Shown here: positions 13,201 through 22,789 of the stretch, in pieces
Numbering within the stretch: position 1 is the stretch's first letter
Layout of the letters: every line of letters begins with the position of its first letter
NCBI RefSeq assembly: GCF_964213995.1
Contig: NC_135808.1
Coordinates: 24,490,001-24,554,000, forward strand
Direction: 5' to 3'
Source of the DNA: Mustelus asterias
Taxonomy: Eukaryota
Length of the DNA: 64,000 bases
The notes under the pieces: model-generated
Told to the model about the DNA's origin: nothing
What the model saw: only the letters and a program-made list of their open reading frames with translations
Database searches by the model: none
Position numbers and translations under genes: made by a program

Positions 13201-16200
13201 AAGCCCACGGATAACCTCACGATGCTCCACTTCTCCAGCTTCCACCCGAAACACGTAAAAGAAGCCATCCCCTACGGACAAGCCCTCCGAATACACAGGA
13301 TCTGCTCGGACGAGGAGGATCGCAACAGACACCTCCAGACGCTGAAAGATGCCCTCATAAGAACAGGATATGGCGCTCGACTCATCGATCAACAGTTCCG
13401 ACACGCCACAGCAAAAAACCGCACCGACCTCCTCAGAAGACAAACACGGGACACGGTGGACAGAGTACCCTTCGTCGTCCAGTACTTCCCCAGAGCGGAG
13501 AAGCTACGGCATCTCCTCCGGAGCCTTCAACATGTCATTGATGAAGACGAACATCTCGCCAAGGCCATCCCCACACCCCCACTTCTTGCCTTCAAACAAC
13601 CACGCAACCTCAAACAGACCGTTGTCCGCAGCAAACTACCCAGCCTTCAGGAGAACAGTGACCACGTCACCACACAACCCTGCCACAGCAACCTCTGCAA
13701 GACGTGCCGGATGATCAACATGGATGCCATCATCCCACGTGAGAACACCATCTACCAGGTACACGGTACCTACTCTTGCAACTTGGCCAACGTTGTCTAT
13801 CTGATACGCTGCAAGAAAGGATGTCCCGAGGCATGGTACATTGGGGAAACGATGCAGACGCTACGACAACGGATGAATGAACACCGCTCGACAATCACCA
13901 GGCAAGACTGTTCTCTTCCTGTGGGGGAGCACTTCAGCAGTCACGGGCATTCAGCCTTGGATCTTCAGGTAAGCGTTCTCCAAGGCGGCCTTCACGACAC
14001 ACGACAGCGCAGAGTCGCTGAGCAGAAACTGATAGCCAAGTTCCGCACACATGAGGACGGCCTAAACCGGGATGTTGGATTTATGTCACATTATCAGTAA
14101 CCCCCACAGCTTGCCTCCTGGACTTGCAGAATTTCACAAGCTGTTCTGTCTGGAGACAATACACATCTCTTTAACCTGTGTTGAATGCTCCCTCCACCCA
14201 CATTGTCTGTACATTTAAGACCTGGCTGGCTGTAGAGATTTGCATTCTAATCAGTATTCTGTATATTGATTTCTGTGTCTGTGCTCTGTTTGAGAACAGA
14301 TATCTACTCCATCTGACGAAGGAGCTCTGCTCCGAAAGCTTATGGTATTTGCTACCAAATAAACCTGTTGGACTTTAACCTGGTGTTGTGAGACTTCTTA
14401 CTGTGCTTATCCTCTAATATCCCAGGCACACCATGCCCTTCCTCCTGTAACATCCCAGGATACACCAGGCCCTGTCTACCCTCTAATATCCCAGGCACAC
14501 TGGGCCCTACCTCCTGTAATATCCTATGTTACCCTGGGTCATCGCATACAGTAATATCCCAGGATACACCAGGCCCTGTAAGGCTGCAATATCTCAGGAT
14601 ACACTAGGATTTGTCCTTTTATAATATCCCAGGATACACTGCATTCTGTATTACTGCAGTATCCCAGGATACACTCGGTCCTGTCAGGCTGCAATATCCC
14701 ACATACACTGGGCCCCACCATACTGTAATATCCCAGAACACTCCAGGTCCAGATTTACTCTAATGTCCAATGATGCACCAGGCCCTGTGCGACTGTAATA
14801 TCCCATGGTACACTATATCATGTCGTACTGTAATATTCCAGGATACACCAGGCCCTGTTATACTGTTCTATCCCAGGATACTCTGGGCTCTGTCATACTG
14901 TAATCCCAGGATACACTGCGACCCGTGCGACAATAATATCCCAAAATGCACTGGGTCTTGTCGTACAATAATATCCCTGGACACACTGGGCTCTGTCATA
15001 CTCTAGTATCCCAATTAAACCAGGCCCTTGTGGACAGTAACATCCGAGGATACACTTGGCCTTGTCCCTACTGTAACATCCCGACTGTAATGGCCCTGAC
15101 CAACTAAAGGACCTCATGATACACAGCACCCTGTCCCACTGTAATGTCCAATAACACAACGGGTCCTGTACTCCCAGTTATTTCCCAGGATGCACCAGGC
15201 CCTGTCATGCTTTAATATCCCAAGGTGCACCCGGCCTTATCCATCCTGTAATATCCCACAAGACACTGGATCCTGTTGCACTGTAATACAGCAGGATACA
15301 GTGGGGTATGTTTCATGTCAAATCCATGGACACACAATTATTTCCCTCTAAAGGTGGTACCATGATATATCACACATTGAAGGTGAATATTTATTTTCCT
15401 CTCTGTATCCCGGGCCTCAGGCTGTCCTGGGCTGACAGCTCAGCACTGACCCTCACTCCTGTGATCCTGGCCTGAGGCTGGGTCCTCTCTAACAGTGAGA
15501 AACAGTCTTACCGTAAATCACCATCAGTGTCTCCTTCATCCCGCTGTGTTCCACCCGACAGGAATACTCGGCCTGGTCCTCTGGATCAAACTCTACCCAT
15601 TTCCGGATCTGGTAGGTGCTGTCGTGATTGGGTAAAATCCCACTGGACAGAGTCTCATCAATCACCACTCCGTCTCTCCACAGATTCACCTCGATGGCTT
15701 GAGGGTAAAACCCGGTGACGGCACAGGACAGCCGGTTAGAATCACCCAGACGGGTAAAGGACACGACGGGGGCAACTGAGAGAGAAAGAAAGAGGAGTCA
15801 GTACAGGAACCTCGAGATAGAGACTCCCGGCATCACCCCCTTCACCGACTCTCACTCCCCCCTCACTCACCGACTCTCACTCCCCCCTCACTCACCGACT
15901 CTCACTCCCCCCTCACTCACCGACTCTCGCTCCCCGACTCTCACTCCCCCCTCACTCCCCGACTCTCACACCCCCCTCACTCACCGACTCTCACTACCCC
16001 CTCACTCACCGACTCTCACTCCCCCCCCCACTCACCGACTCTCACTCCCCCCTCACTCACCGACTCTCACTCCTCCCTCACTCACCGACTCTCAGTCTCC
16101 CCTCACTCACCGACTCTCACTCCCCTCTCACTCACCGACTCTCACTTCCCCCCTCACTCACCGACTCTCACTCCCCCCTCACTCACCGACTCTCACTCCC

Positions 16201-17697
16201 CCCCTCACTCACCGACTCTCACTCCACCCTCACTCACCGACTCTCACTCGCCCCTCACTCACCGACTCTCACCCTCCCTCACTCACCGACTCTCACTCCC
16301 CCTCTCACTCACCGACTCTCACTCCCCCCTCACTCACCGACTCTCACTCCCCCCTCACTCACCGACTCTCACTCCCCCCTCACTCACCGACTCTCACTCC
16401 CCCCTCACTCACCGACTCTCACTCCCCCCTCACTCACCGACTCTCACTCCCCCCTCACTCACCGACTCTCACTACCCCCCTCACTCACCGACTCTCACTA
16501 CCCCCCTCACTCACCGACTCTCACTACCCCCCTCACTCACCGACTCTCAATTCTCTCTGTCCGTACTCCAGGTATTTTCTCAGCCACTCGATACACTCCA
16601 CCTCCAGGTAATGTTTCAATCGCTGAATGTGTCCAGTCTGCCGGTCGCACCTGTTTTTGATGCTCTCCCCCCAGGGCACTGGGGTCACCCACACCATGTG
16701 CTCCTTGTCCAAACTGAGAACGTCATGTCCGTCCCACCCGTACTGGCTGAATCCACTCGTGGTCCCATCATCCCGCAGGTCACAGCCAGTCATCATCTGG
16801 CAGACATGGACCCCTGTGGATCAGAAACACAAACAGCCAATCAGAGACAGTCCCAATGGGCGATCCCACCTGTACAGCCAATCAGAACGTGTCTCACTGG
16901 GCGATCTCATCCCACCAGCCAATCAACATCAACTACACCCCCCCCTCCCCCCCCACTCCGCTCACACACAGCCAATCAGAGCCAGCTCCCTGGACACAAT
17001 CCCTCCACACATTCACAGCCAATCACATTTCCTGTCACATCTCCAATCGCAGCCAATCAACCTCTGGCTCCCAGTCCCTAATCCACTCTGGGTTTCTCCT
17101 CATTCCCACCTGGATCCCCGGGTGCTGGGAGAGTGAGCACTCACCTACTGTCTGGTTGGTGTGGGACATGTAGAGCGGAATATCAGCTTTCAAATACATC
17201 TCCTGCTCCTCTGTGAAGATCTTCTTCCGCTCCCAGGCTGCCGGACCCTCGCTCTCCACCATCCACTGCTCCCGGGGGATCAGCTCCCTCCGATCGCTGT
17301 CGTACATCACAAACTGGACACCGTCCACATAAACGACAGCCACAAACTCCGGGAAATCCGGGATCAAAGTCATTCCCGTGAAGAAATACCGCAGAGAGTG
17401 AGAGCCTGAAATACAGAGAGAGAGAATTCAGGAAATACACCCTAAAAACACCAACACCCTCACACACACACACAGAGAGATCAGGGCATGAACCCCAAAA
17501 CACTGATTCCAAACTGAGAGCAAGACCTCCACCCAGCCTGGCATTGCCCCTCTCACACCCCATCACTCACTGACCCAGGGTTAATGCCCCAGTACCCAGC
17601 CTGGCATTGCCCCTCTCACACCCCATCACTCACCTGCAGACACCTCTCCACACAGAAGGACCAGCTCTATCAGTCCAATCATTGCTGCTTCCCTCAT
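7034..17697 (-). CDS. MHC class I alpha chain, non-classical-like, copy A. Spliced CDS join(complement 17634-17682 [or 17697], 17145-17405, 16541-16813, 15512-15775, 7715-7819, 7273-7305, 7034-7080)
   Basis: Leader MIGLIELVLLCGEVSA; a1 GSHSLRYFFTGM...NQT; a2 with the C..C pair and YLEVECIEWLRKYL; a3 C1-set Ig domain (LSCAVTGFYP...YSCRVEHSG); TM; Tyr/Ser-rich tail. All junctions are GT-AG phase 1 and the spliced frame is open (1032 nt). Confidence 0.93.
7273..7305 (-). CDS. MHC class I copy A exon 6 (cytoplasmic, 33 nt)
   Basis: Acceptor ttttacag, GRGKNDYNPTN, donor gtaagc. It has the size and Tyr typical of class I exon 6. Confidence 0.85.
7715..7819 (-). CDS. MHC class I copy A exon 5 (connecting peptide and transmembrane)
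   Basis: Acceptor ctaacag after a long CT tract; EPKSRSQVALTVGIVVGVLVLIALIIVAVVIYNKK; donor gtagga. Confidence 0.9.
8100..9020 (-). mobile_element. Old CR1 LINE 3' fragment in intron 4 (paralog ~40640-41560)
   Basis: ERVERRFTEMIPEI...LGLCSRENRRLRVDLIEEFKIMKG. Confidence 0.75.
9025..10449 (+). mobile_element. Non-LTR retrotransposon (CR1/L2-group LINE) 3' portion, frameshifted and internally deleted, copy A
   Basis: KAMGPDNIP, NYRPISLLS, ALDIQAKFDRVW, GVPQGS, MFADD motifs; ends aatgaattaaaaaaa. Confidence 0.85.
10676..11182 (+). mobile_element. CR1 LINE 3' end (paralog 43218-43724)
   Basis: LERVQRRFTRMLPGL...LGLFSLERRRLRGDLIEVYK...TRGH C-terminus and a ctatgttcta tail. Confidence 0.9.
11454..14407 (+). 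mobile_element. Penelope-like retroelement (RT + GIY-YIG endonuclease), 5'-truncated with one frameshift, in MHC intron 4, copy A
   Basis: ORFs 11417-13066 and 12955-14100 carry KPADKGG, LPKIHK-GRPIVS, MDVSALYTSI, GTAMG|KFAPQYANIFM (frameshift ~12922), YTRYIDDIF, and VYLIRC..C...YIGET...QRMNEH (GIY-YIG). 3' terminal repeat 14101-14407. Flanked by the direct repeat tatcctcta (11445-11453 and 14408-14416). Confidence 0.95.
14309..14345 (+). ncRNA. Minimal type I hammerhead ribozyme in the Penelope 3' terminal repeat, copy A
   Basis: CCAT-CTGACGA-A-GGAGC-tct-GCTCC-GAAA-GCTT-ATGG: stem I ccat/atgg, core CUGANGA and GAAA, stem II ggagc/gctcc, palindromic AAGCTT in place of stem III. Confidence 0.88.
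14417..15330. repeat. Degenerate ~35-bp tandem repeat; begins at ~11335-11453 and is split by Penelope (paralog 46960-47870)
   Basis: Recurrent taatatcccaggatacac(t/c)(g/a)ggccctgt. Confidence 0.9.
15512..15775 (-). CDS. MHC class I copy A exon 4 (alpha-3, C1-set Ig domain)
   Basis: Acceptor ctctcag, 264 nt, VAPVVSF...LSCAVTGFYPQAIEVNLW...LPNHDSTYQ...YSCRVEHSG, donor gtaaga. Confidence 0.96.
15841..16548. repeat. 25-bp tandem repeat filling MHC intron 3, ~28 units, copy A
   Basis: Unit ctcactcaccgactctcactccccc; it overlaps the last bases of exon 3. Confidence 0.97.
16541..16813 (-). CDS. MHC class I copy A exon 3 (alpha-2 domain)
   Basis: Acceptor ccacag, 273 nt, GVHVCQMMTGCDLRDDG...WDGHD...YLEVECIEWLRKYLEYGQRELRV, donor gtgagt. 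Confidence 0.96.
17145..17405 (-). CDS. MHC class I copy A exon 2 (alpha-1 domain)
   Basis: Acceptor tatttcag, 261 nt, GSHSLRYFFTGMTLIPDFPEFVAVVYVDGVQFVMYDSD...MSHTNQTV, donor gtgagt. Confidence 0.96.
17634..17697 (-). CDS. MHC class I copy A exon 1 (leader); ATG at 17682, in-frame upstream ATG at 17697
   Basis: (MREAA)MIGLIELVLLCGEVSA-G followed by the donor gtgagt, downstream of the X-Y promoter module. Confidence 0.85.
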
Positions 17698-17818
17698 GTT
17701 GGGGGAATCATTTGGAGGAAACTCTTTTTCAAAGAATGGCCATTTCCTCAACTCACTCCTTCTGTCTTTTCCTGTTTACACTGAGCCTCAATCTGATTGG
17801 ACACAAAATAGGATTGAA

Positions 17819-17862
17819 CCAATCAGAATAAAGAGATTCAGTGAGTCATCAGTTTCCAGCAG
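17819..17862 (-). promoter_or_regulatory. MHC X1-X2-Y promoter module, copy A
   Basis: Minus strand CTGCTGGAAACTGA-TGACTCA-(15 bp)-CTGATTGG, ~140-180 bp upstream of the ATG. A second CCAAT is at 17793-17800. Confidence 0.8.
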
Positions 17863-17936
17863 AATGGACACAAACAGGATGAGGAACTTCCTCAATATTG
17901 AGAATTGTCCAATCAGATAAGTAAAGTTGGTTATCT

Positions 17937-18230
17937 CACGGTGGCACAGTGGTTAGCACTGCTGCCTCACAGTGCCAGGGACCCGGGTTCAATTCCAGCC
18001 TTGGGTCACTGTCTGTGGGTCACTGTCTGGGTGCCCCAGTTTCCTCCCACACTCCCAAAATGGGTGGGTTAGGTGAATAGGCCATACCAAATTGTCCTTT
18101 CGTGTCCAAGATGTGTGCATCAGGGGATTAGCCATGGTAAATACATAGAGCTACAGCGGTAGGGCCAGGGTGAAGGTGCTTTGTGTTAAAGTTGGTGCTG
18201 ACTCCATGGGCTGAATGGGCTCCTTCTATG
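17937..18230 (+). mobile_element. V-SINE, partly deleted, immediately upstream of the MHC promoter (paralog ~50509-50800)
   Basis: cacggtggcacagtggttagcactgctgcctcacagtgccagggacccgggttcaattcc head. Confidence 0.8.
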
Positions 18231-18383
18231 ATGCTGACTTCATCAGCGATCCGAGTGAATGAGCTGAAAGGAGTTTGATAGAGGGACAGAGGAAAGGACA
18301 TTTGAGCTAACCATTCAATTAGATCACCGCTGATCTGAACTCCAGTTTCTGACAATATCCCATATCCTTAGATATCATTATCA

Positions 18384-18948
18384 ATGCTGCAACTGTACAG
18401 GACCTTGGTGAGACCACATTTGGAATATTGTGTGCAGTTCTGGTCACCTCACTATAAGAAGGATGTGGAGACACTGGAAAGAGTGCAAAGGAGATTTACC
18501 AGGATGCTGCCTGGTTTGGAGGGTAGGTCTTATGAGGAAAGGTTGAGGGAACTTGGGCTTTTCTCTTTGGAGCGGAGGAGGTTGAGAGGAGACTTGATAG
18601 AGGTTTATAAGATGATGAGGGGGATAGATAGAGTGAACGCTCAAAGACTATTTCCTCGGGTGAATGGAGTGGTAACTAGGGGGCATAACTTTAGGGTTCA
18701 TGGTGGGAGATATAGGAAGGATGTCCGAGGTAGGTTTTTTACTCAGAGAGTGGTTGGGGTGTGGAATGGACTGCCTGCAGGGATAGTGGAGTCAGAAACT
18801 TTAGGAACATTTAAGAAGCTATTGGATAGGCACATGGAGTACTTCGGGATGATAGGGAGGAAATAGCTTGATTTGGATTTCAGACAAAGCTCGGCACAAC
18901 ATCATGGGCCGAAGGGCCTGTTCTGTGCTGTACTGTTCTATGTTCTAT
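18384..18948 (+). mobile_element. CR1 LINE 3' end, young (paralog 50956-51520)
   Basis: Open 160-aa CR1 ORF2 C-terminus LYRTLVRPHLEYCVQFWSP...FFTQRVVGVWNGLP, followed by a ctatgttctatg tail. Confidence 0.92.
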
Positions 18949-19243
18949 GACCCAATAAAAATCTCTCACTCTTACATTTTAAAGCTCTAATTGTTCACAA
19001 TTTTTGATGGAGAGACTGGAAGTTGGTTCCAGACTACTGAATCATTTTAACATTATAAAAAGATCTCCCCTCAAAATTCTAAACTCTCTGGAATAAGAAA
19101 CAAGTTTATACAACCCTTCAAACCTTATCCTTTAGTTTAAAAACCCGATCCTCTAAAGTGCATCTCCACTCAGAGATCCTTTATTGTCCATTGTCAGTGT
19201 TGTGGAGTTGGGGGTAATATTTTTGCATGAATAGAGGATTGAC

Positions 19244-19940
19244 AAATAAGAACATAAGAACAAGGAACAGGAATAGGCCATCTGGCTCCTCGAGCCTGCT
19301 CCGCAATTCAATAAGATCAAGACTGCTCTTTTTGTGGACTCAGCTCCAGTTACCCACCTGCTACCGTAACTCTTTGACAAAGGGCTTTGACAAAGGGTCA
19401 TCTGGACTCAAAACATCAACTCTCTTTTCTCTCCTTACAGGTGCTGCCAGACCTACTGAGATTTTCCAGTGTTTTCTCTTTTGGCACTATAACCCTTAAT
19501 TCCTTTACTGTTCAAAAATGTATCTATCCTTGCCTTAAAAACATTCAATGAGGTAGCTTCAACTGCTTCATTGCGCAGGGAATTCCACAGATTCACAACC
19601 ATTTGGGTGAAGAAGTTCCTCCTCAACTCAGTCCTAAATCTGCTCCATCCTATTTTGAGGCCATTTACCCCCACTCTTTGTTTTCTGTTAGTTTACCAAT
19701 CCTCTATCCATGCTAATACATTATCCATTACACCGTGCACCTTTATCTTATGCAGCAGCATTTGGTGCGGCACTTTGTCAAATGCCTTCTGGAAATCAAG
19801 ATCCACCACATCCACAGGTTCCCCATTGTCCACTGCGCATGTACTGTCCTCAAAGAATTCCACCAAATTAGTTAAACATGACCTGCCCTTCATGAACTCA
19901 TGCTGCATCTACCCAATGGGGTAATTTACATCCAGATGTC
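19244..19940 (-). mobile_element. CR1 LINE fragment, internally deleted (paralog ~51816-52512)
   Basis: QHEFMKGRSCLTNL, DFQKAFDKVPH and RRNFFTQMVVNLWNSL; tail (ttcttatg)n on the minus strand. Confidence 0.85.
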
Positions 19941-21029
19941 AAATAGACAAGAAACATTGATTTGGCATAAATGGGCCATTTTCAAGTTGGCCGGCTCTGG
20001 CTAGTGGAGTGTCACTAGGATCAGTGCTCGGACAATCAGCCATTTACAATCTACATTCATGACTCAGACCAAGAAGACGGGTGTAGTGTAACTAAACTTG
20101 CAGCAGCTGCAAAGCTAGCTGGAAATGAGGAAGGATTAAGTTGGTTAGGATTGTATTCATTGGAGTCTAGAAGAATGAGGAGGATTGCACAGAAACCTAT
20201 AAAATTCAAAGAGGCCTCTACAAGGTAGATCCAGGAAGGATGTTCCCAATGATGGGGGAGTCCAAAACCAGGGTTTGTTGTCTGAGGATACAAGGTAAAC
20301 CATTGAGGACTGAGATGAGGAGAAATTTCTTCACCCAGAGAGTGGTAAGCCTATGGAATTCACTATTGCAGGAAGCAGTTGGGGACAAAACATTGTATAT
20401 TTACTAGAAGCAGTTAGATATAGCATTTGGGGTGAAGGGGATCAAAGGATATGTGGGAAGGCTGGATTGAGTTGGAAAATCAGCCGTGATCATAATGAAT
20501 GGCAGAGCAGGTTTTATGGACTGAATGGCCTATTCCTCTTCCTATTTTCAGAGTTTCTATAAAATGCAAACTGTGTGGAGGAATAGAGAGCTGCAAAGAG
20601 ATTTGGACAAGTTAAGCGAATGGGCTGCAAGGTGGCAGATTGAGTGTAACGTGGGTCAGTGTGGGGTTACACTGTGTCTCCTGCCAGCACAATATGGCCT
20701 TCTGCGCATTCACACTGGTCCATACAGACATCACTCTGATTAACCCAGCCTGCCAGAAGGCCTTTAAATTGAAGTATGTCCATCCTTCAGTAACAGCATC
20801 CCACTTTGTTATACTGTACAAGGGAGTAATAAAGAGAGGGCAGAGTGAGAGACAGAGTCAGAATAAGTTGTGGCTGTGAGACACAGGTTGTAAAATAAAA
20901 TATTGGTTCCAGGAAACCTTGCAAAGTCTGTTTTTTACTTTAAAATGTTCTATCAAAGAGACAGAAGATGCAATCACATCTCTTGGTGATATTGGAGACA
21001 AGCACAGTATTAATCTAAAGTAAAGTTAA

Positions 21030-21320
21030 AGTTTATTTATTAGTCACAAGTAGGCTTACATTCACACTGCAATGAAGATACTGCGAAAGTCCCCCAGTCG
21101 CCACACTCCGGCACCTGTTCGGGTACACTGAGAGAGAATTCAGCATGGCCAATTCACCTGACCAGCATGACTTTTGGACTGTAGGAGGAAACCAGAGCAC
21201 CCGGAGGAAACCCACGCAGACACGGGGAGAATGTGCAAACTTCACACAGACAGTGACCCAATCCGGGAATCAAACCCAGGTCCCTAGCACTGTGAGGCAG
21301 CAGTGCGAGCCACTGTGCCT
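21030..21320 (-). mobile_element. V-SINE (paralog ~53602-53892)
   Basis: Reverse-complement head and V-domain, with a different tail (gtaagcctacttgtgactaataaataaa). Confidence 0.8.
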
Positions 21321-21869
21321 CATTCCACCCTAATTTCACACTCAACCTCTCTGACCTATTGTAATCTCTGCAGGTTTCAGACAGAAATGCTTTTTGAAAT
21401 GAATGATTTTGTGTTAGGGTATTTCTGAGACCAGGGCACATTTATTTACTTATTAATTCAGGTGTAATGAAGTGAGACAGTTTTATCTGTGGGCCCAGTG
21501 AGTGCACATTGCACAACACTTCTGTGTTTGAGGTGAAATGTTGCTTCCTACTTCACATGGTTAGAAATCACGAGAACTGCTCGTGTGTGGCAGAGAACAG
21601 AGTTGCTGGATGGGGGGTGGGGGAGGAGCTATTCAACTTTGCTAGCACAGATCGAAAAGTAGAACACTTATTAAAAATTAGAGACCTGTGTGTACTCCAC
21701 AAGGAACAGACAAATTCTTCCAGGTCGAATCATAGAATCTCTCATGGATGAGAGGGGTGTGGAGGGATATGGTCCAAGTGCAGGTCAGTGGGACTAGGCA
21801 AAAAATGGTTTGGCACAGACAAGAAAGGCCAAAAGGCCTGTTTCTGAGCTGTAATTTTCTATGGTCCTC

Positions 21870-22165
21870 TGCAGTGCAGAAAGAGGTCATTCAGCCCATC
21901 GATTCTCCAACAGAGCATCTTACCCAGTCCCTATATCCGTAACCCCACATATTTACAGGGCTAATTCCCCGAACCAATACATCTTGGGACACTGAGGGGC
22001 AATTTAGCCTGGCCAATCCTAACCAGTGGGAGGAAACTGGATCACCCAGACGAAACCCACACAGACATGGGGAGAACGTGCAAACTCCACACAGACAGTC
22101 ACCCTCGGCTAGAATTGAACCCTGGTCCCTGGCACTGTGGGGGGCAGCAATGCTAACCACTGGTG
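21870..22165 (-). mobile_element. V-SINE (paralog ~54442-54737)
   Basis: Reverse-complement head and V-domain. Confidence 0.75.
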
Positions 22166-22789
22166 GTTACCACTACTAACACCACACCTGTAATTCTGTG
22201 TAGATGTTTTCCAGGCAGATGGACAAAGTACGTTTCCTTCTCCGACTCTTGGAGCGATCGGGATTTTCTAATGAGGAAAAGTTGAGCAGGTTGGGATTTA
22301 TTCATTGGAGTTTAGAAAAATGAGAGGTAATCTCACTGAAACGTTAGATTCTGATAGGGATTGATAGGGTAGATCGTGAACGATTCTTTCTGTTAGTGAG
22401 CAATAAAACATGAGAGCACAGCCTCAAGATAAGAAGTGAATCATTTAAGATGAGGAAAAATTTCTTCACTGAAAGGATTGTGAATCATTGGGATTCCCTA
22501 CCCCAGGGAATTGTGGATGCATCATTACTGAAGATATTTAAAACAGACAGATTTGTGGTGTCTCAGGGAACAGAGGTGGACAGAGAGTAGGAGTGAAAAT
22601 GGAGATGAGGTAGAAAATGATGGGACAGGCGCAAGCGGATGAAGGGATTATTCCTTCTGTTATCTCTCATGTTCTTTACTGACTGAGGATTAATATCTAA
22701 CCCTGGCACTTCCAACTCACAACTCATCACCCACAGAAATCACTGCACACAGAGGGACCAGCACGATCAGCACCTCTGTGATGTTGTCC

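Noticed and set aside
15715-16611. 298-aa Pro/Ser/Thr/His-rich plus-strand ORF resembling a mucin
   Set aside because: Antisense translation of the intron 3 repeat; its length is not conserved in copy B (191 aa).
7034-17697. Assigning a lineage symbol such as UAA or UBA
   Set aside because: The sequence resembles shark UAA-family proteins from memory but lacks classical anchor residues; lineage needs a phylogeny.
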